From: Marsupella aquatica
Lineage: Eukaryota; Plantae; Marchantiophyta
DNA length: 64,000 nucleotides
Assembly (NCBI GenBank): GCA_973895155.1
Contig: OZ316896.1
Span: 11,980,830-12,044,829 of the forward strand
Reading direction: 5' to 3'
This document shows positions 26,001 to 44,200 of this stretch, one piece after another. Below the pieces are notes generated by a model, which was not told where the DNA came from, did not search any database, and saw nothing but the letters and a program-made list of their open reading frames with translations. The translations under genes and the position numbers were made by a program. The stretch's first letter is position 1, and every line of letters begins with the position of its first letter.

Positions 26001-27196
26001 TTGGTGTGTGATTCACTTACTTTTCCACACGCTAGTTATTATCTCTTTTCCTTTCCCCTCAGGATTGAACCTGTTTGATCCCTGAGTGGTTGTTGGCCAT
26101 TTGATCGTGTTTGATCTGGCCTGTTACTCCCAGTCGTTGATTGGGTTTTACTTTATGTTTAAGTAAAGAGCTCCTTTCAAGAAAAATAAATAAATAAATG
26201 TTGATTACCAGTGTGTGACCATTTTTTAATTTCCTTGCTATTTCCATAATCTTTTGCTAAAAGAAAATTCAGGGCTGTTCAACTTTTCTTCATTGTCTGG
26301 TCATAAGGCTACAATCTAGTAACCCTCCCCGAAGACCTTCATTATCCTATACATTGTTTGGTAAAGCAAGTTGTAGCTTGGCCTCGGACCATGGGGATTG
26401 CTCTGGACAACACCAAGGTGGATGCCAGCATGAGTTTCAGTTAAAGCACCACTGTCACCAAAGCAAAACCTAGTGGATCTAGGTTACTAAAATAAACCAA
26501 AAATGAGCTCAAAACACTAAAAAAGTGTTCTATTTTGTACTTCATGAACTTGGTGGACAATGATGGTTTAAACCAGGTTTTTATTTATTTTGTGCCTTTA
26601 AAAAGTTACTTTTATGCACAACAACTTCGGGAGGAGAAAAGGAGCGGGATTAGCTTTAGGGCTAGGTTCCATGGGGCTGAGAGTAAGGAGTACGGATGCT
26701 GTCAGAATTTGTAAGCCAATAAGATTGCAGCTTTTCCAGGGACTGAGGGGTGTACAAATACTGTATCAAAGAGTATAATTTTCCCTCACACTCCCTCTTA
26801 AAATTCAGGGGTACCCCCTGCCCCTGTATAAGAACAGTATAGGGCATTCTCATTGGCTCCTGAGTCAAAATTCATACATTTAAAATACTGTATACACCTT
26901 GACATACAGTGTATTTGGGCCCTAGGGGATGTCAGTGGGACTGACCTTACTCCCTACCCCTGGCCCATGGAACCTCGCCCTTACCCCTCGTTCTCTCGTA
27001 GCTCTCTGCCCTCCCCCCCCCTTTTCCCTTTCTGCCTCGGAAAAAGTAAAATTGTTTATTAAATAATAATTTTTGGGCGGGCCGGTGAAGCGGATTCGAG
27101 CGGGGATTTTTTACCCCCTGCCCTCGTCGCTCTCTGTCTCCTTGACAGGGCCTTTCTCTTCGGGCAGGGCAGGGCAGAAACAGAGCATGTCCACGC

Positions 27197-27875
27197 TCTC
27201 TCTCTCTCTCTCTCTCTCTCTTCGGCACCCATTCCTGCCCGACGACGGAACACGCAGGGGCAGCCCGTCGGGCAGCCAATCAATCAGCTGCCCTCCTCCA
27301 GTCCGTGACGGCCATTTTTCAAATTCCTAGGCTGCGTTTTTCGTGCTTTTTCGCACTCACGTCCTCTCCTCTCTCTTTCCCCCCCACAGCTTTTATCGAC
27401 AACACAGGGTTCGATTTCACCACCATTCCACTCTGTTCTTCAGGAAAGGCTCGCGCTATTCACCGATTGGAGTGGGGCCGAGAGAGACCACATTTCTGCG
27501 CCCAAGTGAGGAGATTATTCGTGAACAATGCCACCCACAAACTTCTCTCTCTCTCTCGCGCGCGCGCTGTCTGTCTGTCTGTCTATCTGTCTAGTCTCTA
27601 CCACGGCATTGAAGAAGTTGCCCGTCGCTTTACCGGGTGTTTGGAGGCATCGAGGGTCAGTGAGATGAGCATGATGGCGTTCAGAACGTGCCTCCTCGTT
27701 CAGGTCCTCTTTTCCTCTTCCGTGCGGCCCCTTTTGTAGCCACGCGTTTGTTTGGAGCAGTTAGGTAGATAGATAGATAGAGCAAGCAAGCAAGCAAGCA
27801 AGCAAGGAAGCGAGCAAGTAAGCACAGCACAGCATTGCATTGCATTGCGTTGCGTTGCAGGGCAGGGCAGTGCAG
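27197..27875. repeat. Microsatellite-rich region upstream of katanin
   Basis: (CT)n at ~27197 and ~27545; compound (AGAT)n(GCAA)n(GCACA)n(GCATT)n at ~27766-27870. Confidence 0.8.
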
Positions 27876-28396
27876 TGTGCAAGACATAGGTCTCAAGTTC
27901 AGGCAAGGACGGGGTGTGTGGGTGGATCGATTCAATCTCGTTTGAGCCGAGTGGCTCTCAAATGGGCGGGTGGTGCGAAATGATTGGGTTACACATTGAG
28001 GGGATTTGGATCGTGTCATTGATTCGAATTTAACGGGTCACAGGGTTTCTCGGGAGGCGGGAGGGCGTCTTGAGGATGGATGAGAGTGAAGGGTGGAGGT
28101 CAATTTGATCTGCTGTGCTGCGAGCCGGTGCTGGATGGGGTGGAGTAGGATCTGGATGACCCTTCCCTGGATGGGATGTTGTGATGGATAAAAAGGAATG
28201 CGTTTTGGCTAAGGAGGAGGAGGTGATTGACTAGGATGCCTTTGTGATCGAGGAGTGAGGAAGAAGAAGAGGAGACGGTCTCGGGAACGGAGCGCTGAGC
28301 AAGGAGTCTAGGGTGTAGGCAGGACAATGGTTGATTGAGATGGCGAGCGAGTGCAGAGGTGCTTCATGAGGGGAGAAGGAGACTAATGTCAAGACA

Positions 28397-33984
<5,588 letters not shown>

Positions 33985-35039
33985 ATCAATTGGTTCTCCC
34001 TCATAACCATCAACCACTTTGTCCGAGGACATCGACGTATTCAGACCCACCAGTACTGATTTGTTCCTGGTTTTCCTTCGTAAACACGTTGTTTCACGAA
34101 GGGGATTGTCAAAGGACATTCTCGTAACCAGGGACAAATGAGCTTCAGCCTGTCTGCATCTTATTAACTTATGACACTTGAATGGTATGTCTAGCCTTTC
34201 CAGCGAAGTATTTGGATCACTGGTGGTCAGTTTAGGAAGTTGACGAGTAGCCTAGAAATATTAGTTTGCTGTTCAGACCTGTTCAACGTGGATCCAGGAA
34301 GCGGGATGAACTCGGTGAGAACTGTACAGTGTTGCGCTCTGAAATGCAAATTCTCTGCAGTGGAGTACTTTAAAGTACGTCACTCTTTGTATGGAACCTA
34401 GATGATTTCCAAGCTCTTTTTTCAGTACTGTATGTTACCTAACTTTACCGGAGCTTGCTGTAAATACACGGGTGTATTTGTCTGTTATTCGCTTATCTCT
34501 TCAACCCACACCAAGTAATGAAGAGCGGAAGACTGCTAGGATCTTTTGTGCCACTGGAATCACGCTGAGCACATGAAACATTTTTACTGGGAAGCTCTGC
34601 TATTTCACAAAGTAGGAAGTTGCTTCTCGATCGTCTCAGGAAGGGTCAATCTCAGATTTCACGAACTTGAACTAAGGCATACATACATTGAGGACAAGCA
34701 CAAGAACGAATAATTGGTTTGTGAAGTGCACGAGCTATCTTTCTGTGAGTAGTAAGCTGCAATGGGGCCTCTATCCAATCCCTTCAGCCCAGATGGGTCC
34801 CAAAATGTTCTGTGAACATTGCTTCCTGGTTGTGAGATTTGCCTCTTGGTTCAGATGGGATCGCAAAATATTTTCTGTGGAAATAGTTATCGTTTTACTT
34901 GCAATACCTGTCAGCTCAGATGGGATACCCAAATTTTGTTTTGTGGAATACCTGGGATACCAAATGTTCTTTGTGGAATTTTATTTTTGTCTAAATCCAT
35001 GTTATTTCCAGGTTAATACACTTTCGTACAGATTCCATG

Positions 35040-35360
35040 TAAACTTCTGAATTCTATTCCAGACTTAGGATTTGGACTGAAGCCTTCCTTCCAGAGATTA
35101 ATTCTACTCGAGGCTGAGATTTCGGATTGAAATCCAATTTTCACAGATCAATCCTATGTAAACTTAGAATCCTTGCCCAGACTTGAGAGATTTGGCTTGA
35201 ACGCTTCTTTTAGGAGTTCAGTCCTATTCTAGACTTGGTTTGATATCTTCTTCAAGGAGTTCAATCCTATTCCAGACTTAAAAATTTGGATTGAAGTTTC
35301 CTTCGAACAGAATTCATGCTCAGTTAGGAATCCTCTCCCAGCTTAAAAATTTGGGAGGAG
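35040..35360. repeat. Degenerate ~60-bp repeats (ctattccagactta..atttggattgaa)
   Basis: Five to six diverged copies between the katanin and TraB 3' ends. Confidence 0.5.
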
Positions 35361-35511
35361 ATCCCATCCCATCCGAGCTTATGACTCATGCCGTGCTCTG
35401 ACTAACATTTTACTTCATTTCCCCCAAAATTGAAACGTTTAATAAATTTTTAACCTATAGGGGACTAAAAAGCTTGTTTCCTTCCTCTCCTAAGAATGGA
35501 GTGGAGTTCTT

Positions 35512-36804
35512 TCATGACGCCCTTCCTCGAAAGAAATTGTTAACGAAGTCCTGCAGCATTTGACGAGACCCTTCGACCGGATTCCCAGGAGGATTTCGAG
35601 GACCCACAAGGTCTCGAAATCGCAAGTTCTCCTGATTGTGCTTCAGATTGTAGACTACACCGCGCATGTGCCCCTTGCCCACCACTCCCACCACTCTCGA
35701 GCATCCATTCACAGCTTTGCTCCGCTTCAGAGACCACGCCAGATACATATCCCTCTCGTAGACCAGAGGCTGCAGCAACGACGGCAGTCTAGATCCCATC
35801 TCGGCAAACATTTGCGACAGGGCGTCATCGGACTGGAGCGTCTGCAGCATTTCTTCCGAGACATCGTTCAGACGGGGCGAATTCATGGCCTGCAGGAAAA
35901 TCGCAGCCAAGCGGAATCGCTCGTCCCATTTGAGAGCCTCCCAGGCCCTCTTGAGTGTCACCTCAATGGGCCGGTCTCCGAGAACGATTTGAGCCTTAAT
36001 CTCTTCGGCCGCTTTGCGCGCTGCGCGGAACTCCTCCCCTGTGGCAACTCCTGTGGACTTTGAAAGCCTTTCCGACATTCCTCCCAGCAGCAGTCTCAGT
36101 GCCAGCGCTGATCTGCCCCCCAGTCTGAGGCTCCGGCTCATGGCCGCTCCGAAATTGTCTCCACTCATAGACATGAGATTATTGTTCCTCCTCTTCTCCT
36201 GAGTTAGTCCATCTTGACTACCACTATCTTCTTCTGAAGGGAACATGATTCCAGCTCTGCTTCTGCACAATTCTACGACCACATTCTCGGGACGCACGGC
36301 TCGGATCACCCTCTCCACTTGAGAGGCGGATCGCAGCGACATGTGTGCAGTTCCTACCACGAACACCATTTCCGGCTCTCTGTATCCATCGCTTCTGCGT
36401 TCCACATAGTCCGCTGGTCGCAGCGCCACCACCAGAGTGCCATCCTCGACCAAATCCATCAATTCGGGATACGTCGATCGCATCACGCGCTGGGTCTCGT
36501 CCATGATTTCTGCCCTAAAATCGTAATCGCTGGGCGGGGACTGCACTTCCTTGACGGCCCCTGCCGCAGCAATCACCCGCCTCCTTGTGCGAATTCGACG
36601 CGGTTCAGATCGAGAATTCGTCTTCCATTTCAACGCGCAAAAACCCGATCTGGTGAACTTGCTGCTCAGCAGGAGGGTCGTCGAAGCAGCAGCAGCAGCA
36701 GCGGTGCTGATTTCGGAATTCACGGAATTCGGGGAATAAGAACATGATTCAGCACCCGGAATCCCAATGCAGCACCCAAGCTGCGACATTGTTGTCGTAG
36801 CCAT
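35512..36804 (-). CDS. TraB-domain protein, probably plastid-targeted, intronless
   Basis: VFVVGTAHMS, VVVELCRSR, GEEFRAA, LGDRPIEVTLKRAW, LVYERDMYLAWSLKRSKAV, VVGVVGKGHMRG; Ser/Ala/Arg-rich N-terminus. Confidence 0.9.
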   Translation of the reverse strand: MATTTMSQLGCCIGIPGAESCSYSPNSVNSEISTAAAAAASTTLLLSSKFTRSGFCALKWKTNSRSEPRRIRTRRRVIAAAGAVKEVQSPPSDYDFRAEIMDETQRVMRSTYPELMDLVEDGTLVVALRPADYVERRSDGYREPEMVFVVGTAHMSLRSASQVERVIRAVRPENVVVELCRSRAGIMFPSEEDSGSQDGLTQEKRRNNNLMSMSGDNFGAAMSRSLRLGGRSALALRLLLGGMSERLSKSTGVATGEEFRAARKAAEEIKAQIVLGDRPIEVTLKRAWEALKWDERFRLAAIFLQAMNSPRLNDVSEEMLQTLQSDDALSQMFAEMGSRLPSLLQPLVYERDMYLAWSLKRSKAVNGCSRVVGVVGKGHMRGVVYNLKHNQENLRFRDLVGPRNPPGNPVEGSRQMLQDFVNNFFRGRAS

Positions 36805-36982
36805 CGAAATCCAGAGCTTCGCAGCTCGAAATCCTCGCGCGCTGCTCCTCGATTCTCTTCAGCGTTTTGGGTTTCCCGCATCAGCTAAGCTTCGCAACAG
36901 CTGCTCGCGCGGTCTCTCTCTACACTACTGATTTCTTCTTGTTACTGAGAAATTTGCGAGATCAGCTGATGGAACATATCCG

Positions 36983-37330
36983 TGTGAAAGGAAGAGCACC
37001 TTTGAGAGTGCGGCTTGGAATGAATGGAACCATATCCGTGTGAAAGGAAGAGCACCTTTGAGAGTGCGGCTTGGAATGAATACTAGGGACACCAGAGATG
37101 GTGGAAAAGAATTATGGCCAGTAGGGTAACCCATGGCCCCAAGAGGGTTGTGAGATGTGAAAGGAAGAGCACCTTTGAGAGTGGGGCTTGGAATGAATAC
37201 TAGGGACACTAGAGATGGTGAAAAAGAATTATAGGGAGTAGAGTAGCCCATGGCCCCAAGAGACACCAGAGATGGTGGAAAATAATTCTAGGGAGTAGAG
37301 TAACCCATGGCCCCAAGAGACACTAGAAGA
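36983..37330. repeat. Tandem repeat array 1 (unit up to ~115 bp, gtgaaaggaagagcacctttgagagtg...)
   Basis: Three to four partial or complete units; same unit as 39055-40005. Confidence 0.85.
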
Positions 37331-37339
37331 AACCTGACG

Positions 37340-37476
37340 ATTCTGAGACCCTGCCTTAAGTGACTCCATTGAGACCTTCCAAAATTTGTGACTCCTAGGT
37401 TGTTGGGCCATTCTGAGACCTTGCCTTAAGTGACTCCATTGAGACCTTCCAAAATTTGTGACTCCTAAGTTGTTGG
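37340..37476. repeat. Tandem duplication of ~70 bp
   Basis: attctgagacc.tgccttaagtgactccattgagaccttccaaaatttgtgactccta.gttgttgg occurs twice. Confidence 0.85.
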
Positions 37477-39054
37477 TGTCATTTTAGTTACAAGTGTTGG
37501 ACTGAGTTTTGGAGAATTCTTGGGAAGTCATTTCTATAACTATTGTGGAAGTTACAACTATAACTAAGTTTAGCCAACAAGAATGAAGTTTGTTAAGTCA
37601 CTCACATACCATTTGGGATATATCATCATTTTCTTAGTTTACCTGGATATTCTACTCGTGAGGTATGCCTTTAAAAGAGTAAGATAAAGGGGAACATTGG
37701 GAAGAGACCGACAGGCCACATGGGGGAGCGGTAGTGAGAAAGGAGGGGTGGAGCTTGATGGTCACCAAATATTCAAACAGGGTCGCCTTGCTTGATTCGC
37801 AAACTTTCACTTAGGACGTAGATTAAAGCATTAGATTGCGAGCTTCAATCGCTATGGAAAAGTAGGTTTTTGCTGCGTGGCCGAGGAGGTTTAACCCAGG
37901 TAAATGGTAGACTCAACCTTGGGTTGTAACACTCCCCCTTGGTTGTACCGCGGATACATGTTATGGTGCAACCAACAAGTCTACCATATATGTGGAGTGT
38001 AATTGTTGTATCTTTAAGATATGGCCTAATGAAAAGGAGAAGAAATTGGGGGGGGGGGGGATGTAACCTCATTAAAACCTCCCCTACTTTCTTTTGGGAG
38101 TATAGAGTGTTACCATCCCTCCGATTCTATAGTATAATGTAATTGGTTTGTGAGGTAAAGTTTAGTAGACTATGTGGTCTTTAGGCTCTTTTGAGGTGAA
38201 GTGTAAACGTAAGTAGACTGTGTAAACTAAGGTAAGTGGTGTATGGGTCCGCAAAGCTATTCGGCCAAGTTGTTGTAAAGCTAGTCGTAGTGGATGGGTG
38301 ATGGGCGTAGTCGGAAAGAGTCGATCCCCCTGCTCATTGCCGTCCCTTGCTTTTGCTCGTGGTTGACTCGCTGTCTCCGGTGCTCCGTGTCTCTGTCTGT
38401 GGAGAAGAAAGGTCGGCAGTGAGGCTCGTCCTTCGTTTGTGAGGAAGAAGAGGGGAAATGTTAAGGGCTATGGATTGGGGCAGCGACGCGCGGGCTGCAT
38501 TATCGGAATTCTGCATTATCGGAATTCGAGTTGAGGAGTAGCGTTCTTGATGGTAAGATCTAGCCTATAGCCCTGTATATTCCTTTCTTGAATCGTCTGT
38601 GTTTGTGCATCTCCTTTATTGCCTTCGGTCTGTTTTAGTGAATGTAAATATGGTGTCTTAATTTTCTGTGCTGCGATCTATTCCAATGCGCTGCTGGGTC
38701 CGGTTTCCAACTAGCTTCGTGAGAAGCGCCATTGTAGTCCTTTGGATGCAGTCTACACAGTATGTCTTCATAGTTCTGCTGTCGTTCATCTTTCGCCCGA
38801 TTGAGTTGATTGTAAGATTGCTGTCGATTCGAATAAATGAAATACGGAAATTATTTATGCAATCTGCCTGGCGTACAGGCGAATTGTTAGACTTGTCGTC
38901 AGACTTGGCCTTGCAAGATTAGCTTTGTAGTCCGGTTGTGCTTGCTTCTAGTTATTCCTCTGTGCACTTGGTCTTCCATGCCAAGATTGAATCTATTTTC
39001 CGATGAGCTCTATAATCCCTTCAACAGTTGAGTGGTGTGAGGGCGTGCGAAGAG

Positions 39055-40005
39055 TTATGGGATGTGAAAGGAAGAGCACCTTTGAGAGTGGGGCTTGGAA
39101 TGAATTCTAGGGACACCCATGGCCCCACGAGGATTATAGGATGTGAAAGGAGGAGCACCTTTGAGAGTGGGACTTGGAATATATACTAGGGACACAGAGA
39201 TTGTGGAAAATAATTATAGGGAGTAAGGTAACCCATGGCCCCAAGAGAGTTATAGGATGTGAAAGGAAGAGCACCTTCGAGAGTGGGACTTGGAATGAAT
39301 TTTAGGGACACCTATGGCCCCAAGAGGGTTATAGGATGTGAAAGGAAGAGCACCTTCGAGAGTGGGACTTGGAATGAATTCTAGAGACACCAGAGATGGT
39401 GGAATATAATTCTAGGGAGTAGGGTAACCCATGGCCCCAAGAGGGTTATAGGATGTGAAGGAAGAGCACCTTCGAGAGTGGGACTTGGAATGAATTCTAA
39501 GGACACCAGAGATGGTACCAAAAATTCTAGGGAGTAGAGTAACCCATGGCCCCAAGAGGAGAGGGTTATAGGATGTGAAAGGAAGAGCGCCTTTGAGAGA
39601 GGGACTTGGAATGAATTCTAGGGACACCCATGGCCCCAAGAGGGTTAGAGGATGTGAAAAGAAGATCACCTTTGAGAGTGGGGCTTGGAATGAATACTAG
39701 GGACACCAGAGATGGTGGAAAATAATTCTAGGGAGTAAAGTAACCCATGGCCCCAAGAGGGTTATAGGATGTGAAAGGAAGAGTACCTTTGAGAGTGTGG
39801 CTTGGAATGAATACTAGGGATACCAGAGATGGTGGAAAATAATTATAGGGAGTAGGGTAAACCATGGCCCTAAGAGGGTAATGGGATGTGAAAGAAGAGC
39901 ACCTTTGAGAGTGGGGCTTGGAATGAATACTAGGGACACCACAGATGGTGGAATTAATTATAGGGAGTAGAGTAACCCATGGTCCCAAGAGGGTTATAGG
40001 ATGTA
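39055..40005. repeat. Tandem repeat array 2 (long ~115-bp and short ~80-bp variants)
   Basis: About 9 units of ggatgtgaaaggaagagcacc...ggaatgaat.ctagggacacc...ccatggccccaagagggttata. Confidence 0.92.
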
Positions 40006-41210
40006 ATTCGCAAGGGTGGTGAGTCCAAGGGGGTTACATGCATGCCCCTTGAGTGGCCATTGATTCCCAACAAGTAAGCCTCACAAATATTTACCTGCCC
40101 CTGAAATTGGATGACCCTCCAGGGCAAGCCAGGAGGTGGAAATCTCATAACCCCCGGGCCAGGCTGGCAGGCTTATAATATTCCATAGAAATACAAGGAG
40201 GAAAGTACAAGAGGAGGTTACACCAGAGAGTATGGACATAAGTGAGTGTCAAGTTAGCTCTCTAAGTGCGCACTCTTGGGAAAAAGGCCAAGCCTTGCAT
40301 TTATATATTTGCTTTGCCCCAAGTGATATTACTTGTAGGCAAACCTATGGTTTCCCACACAAAAGATTGATAAGTGATACCAATGAGTGATAACGAGCTT
40401 CTTAACTCGAATAGTTATCAGTCATCAGTATCTCTGAAGCTCACCGACCTTGCAGAACTCAAATATTGCTTCAGCAATCAGCTTTTTCCTCTTGCCAAGT
40501 TGCAAAAATTCCACTCGGCTGAACTCACTGAATCACTTTTTCACTCAATGGTCTTGCTGTGTGAAACTTAGGGGGGAGGGGGGGGGGGGGAACCTCTGAG
40601 CAAACCTTGCTGAGTCACTTTTTCAACTCACTTAATAAGAAGGTCCAGCACACAAATGAGTGATGGGAGCAACAGACACCTAATTCCCATGACTGAGAAA
40701 CTAATGTGGTTGCAACACTCTCTCAAATATGAGATGCGCCTCAGGGACAACGTGATCATTCTCATGGGAGCTTTAAACCACACCTGCCCCTATAAAGGGC
40801 TATGGGTAACCCGTAGCTCTCATTGTAAAGAGCACAGGTTCAAGAATGGACTTTGAGCTCCACAAAAGGTGCTGACTGCAAAACCTTTTTTTGGCAAGTA
40901 TTCCACAAAAGGTGCTAGTGTTCCACCTTTTATGGTGAGTAGTGAGACATGGAATGAGGCTTTTATAGTGGCAAGTGTGGTTTAACGCAGCTAGAAAACC
41001 AAAACAACTGCCCGCACTGACTCACAAAAGTAGTCACAGATTTTCAACTAAAAAAAGTTCCTCACAGCTTTAGTGACATAGTAATACAAAACGAGGCTAT
41101 AAAAATACACTCGGTCATCAATAGAGAGCTTATTTTGTGAAGGGCTAGGGCACAACCATAAAATATTTGACTAAGAGAGCTCAAAGATGTAACTTCTGTT
41201 CATGACCAGA

Positions 41211-44200
41211 TCAATCCAAAGCATCCTTTTGCAAGGCTGTCCTAACAAGGCCTTTCTGTTCAGTATTGTGAAGGTTTCCAAATCCTGTGGCTGTTGCTGC
41301 TGATGTTGGCCTACCCACATACTTGATATCCTCAAATGAACCTCGTCCCATTTGAGACATAGTGGTTGCTAAACGGGCTGCAACATATTGATATGCTCCC
41401 ATGTTCATTGGTTCTTCCTGGCACCATACAATCTCTGCATCTGCAATATATCAGTGCCAACTTTTAGCGCGGCGTTTTTCATATGATTATGGATGCGTTA
41501 AAAGTCACGGCCCTTGTTGTGAAGGTTTTTCCCCTAACCATCATTGTTCTATTTTAGCTCAACAAAGTCCACTTTACTATAAATCACTGTGACCACAATG
41601 AGGTAGACATTCTTGAGGCCAAACCTAATCAAGTAAGTGTGTATTGTGCCTTCTTTGAGTGGAATCAGTAACCTCATCACCTCTAAACTTTATAGCTAGA
41701 TGAGGGTAGTTACATGGCAAGTATCCCTGCATTACTCCAGCCCACCTCTCTCTTTCATCCTCCTGTCCCTCTATGTACTAGATGTGTGAGAACCAAAGTT
41801 ACTGAACTCCCACTACAAAATCTTAAAATGCTCCAAAATTGCTAGAAAGCCATGGTCTTTGCAAGCTTGAGTTACCCACAGCTAATAACAGCATACACCA
41901 AACCCATGCCATTTGAGCAGTGCCTCTGGGACCATGAAACTTAAGAGAAAATTTGGAAATTTAGGAAGTGTTGTAAAGCTTTGATGCAAGAAAATTGAAA
42001 GCACAGAAGGGTACTCAACTCGAATGCTAAGGAGCCTCTAACTTTTGTCCAAATTATTGTGGTAGACTAGTGTTTTTCATTCCTAGTCACAAAGTTGAAG
42101 CTCACTAACCTCACTTACAAAAAGACTTCTATGGATAGAAGATTATATTACTTAGACTTTAGCTGGTCTTTTGAATCACATCATGTGTAGTTCTAGAGTG
42201 AGAAGGAAAATGTGCTTGAGAATGTACTTGAGTATCGTTTCAACTCCCTTTGGATGAGGTTGTATGGAAATGGGCAAAGTTGTTCAATTCTACAAATGGC
42301 CACATCCTTCCCTTCTTGGCCCAGTCGTTGCCTCTCTTCATCCAACTCATAATATACCTACATTGCAAGCTTCCCAAGGTTTTATACATTCTGAGCCTTA
42401 TCAAAGGTGAGAAATAGAAAGGAGATAGTATTCATTGAGATAGTTGAATTGGAATTTTCAAAGAAAGGAAACTTATATATGTGAAATTCCATAAACCAGG
42501 CAATTGAAAATGAACAAATGAATTTCATAAATGACTTTGTGAATCCTTGTTTCAAATCCGTTTGAGCCCTCTTTTAAATTCCATGAAGTAGGATTTTGAA
42601 AATGAATGGGGGCAAGATATCCATATCAGGAGCATGACACACATATACACAAGTTCAGTCTGAAATAGAAAATAAGGAGATAGAGTTGGCCATACAGTAC
42701 ATTTTAGTCTATCTAAAGTTCTCTTTGCAATATTATTGAGGTTTGCAATATTAAGGAAGATGAGCTTGCAGTTGATATTATGATAAGAGTTTCATTTTAG
42801 CTGGACAAAGAGTTGAAGTCAGGAGTTGTTTGAAAAGAAATATGTTTTCAAAGCAATGCACGTAGGTTTCAGTGGCCTATTCAAGCATCTTGTCAGATGT
42901 TGTGGTCCATGCGAGCTCGGGCTTGCCAGTGAAGTAGATAGTGAATAATTTGGAGGTATAGTAGAACCTTTTACACATTTAAGCTAAACTGGAGAAAGGC
43001 ATTTTGGAATCTCAGGTGCTATTCCAACTTCAACGAAACGAGTAGAGAAAAAACCTTTCAGCAGATATCTGTTGGGAAAAAATCTACTGAGGGATAAGCT
43101 TTGGATCTGAACACAGAGATTCTTCTTAAGGCGCAACCATATCCATTCTTATCAGTTTTGCAACGAAGAGTTTTTGGTGAATTGGAGGGCAAAGGGACCC
43201 TGATAAGAAGGCAATACTCATTTGCAAGTCTACCTTTCCAGAGCACAGTACTAGTCGCCGGATGGACGGCTCATGATCAGAATGCCCACTTTGATCCTTG
43301 ATGAGGCGTTTGAAGCGTGTGCCTTGTTTATCAAATCCCGGATGGCCCTCTGTGTCATCAAACTCTGAAAGATCTGATTTGCAAGCTTGATGTCGCAGCA
43401 AGTTCTTGGGTGACATGACCACAAGAGGCTTACGAAAGTCTCTATGAATCTACATCCAACGATTAGCGGTTTCGTTAGCAGGATCTTCCATTCCTCCAAG
43501 CTGAAGGAAAATGCTCAAGGTGGTCTTTGGTTTGCATAGAACTAGCTCATACGAGATGCATTTTAGTTGGGATGATGCGAAGGTGTAACTCTGTCAAACT
43601 GGGCAATCATTATCAATCCAAACTAACAAACGGGAGAGGCAAACCTGCCGTCGAAGCACGTGGAAATAATTGGCTGGGGTTGTCACATTAACCACTTGCC
43701 AATTTACTTCTTGGACTTGCTTTCTAAGGCTAGCATCCATTTCAGGAATCACGAAAGGATCATCGTCACTCATCTGCAATTCTTCCACACCAACGCCTGT
43801 CTTAGAAGATTTCAACTTTACTAATTTCATGGACTGAGCTACAGCACCATGTCTTGCGGAAGTTAGAAGAAGTATGACTTCCACAGATACGCAATTCCTA
43901 ATGCACATCTCGTGAGAATATAACAGTAGATCAGACAAGTGGGAATCTACACCTTAAACCCAGCTTGACCTTAAACCCAGCTTACAGCAGCTTCGTAGAC
44001 AAGGATGCACCTGAAGGAATCTTTCAAGACGAGCACTTGAATGCTCGGGACCTTGCCCGTCATAGCCGTGGGGCAATAATACCGTCAGACCTGTTTGTCG
44101 CAACCACTTGGCTTCTCCACTACTCAGGAATTGGTCAAAAATTACTTGAGCTCCATTCGCAAAATCACCGAATTGAGCCTCCCAAAGAACTAAGGAGTTT

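Noticed and set aside
24150-27275. Possible TIR element bounded by gggctgccc/gggcagccc motifs
   Set aside because: Only a short imperfect inverted match, with no TSD or transposase identified.
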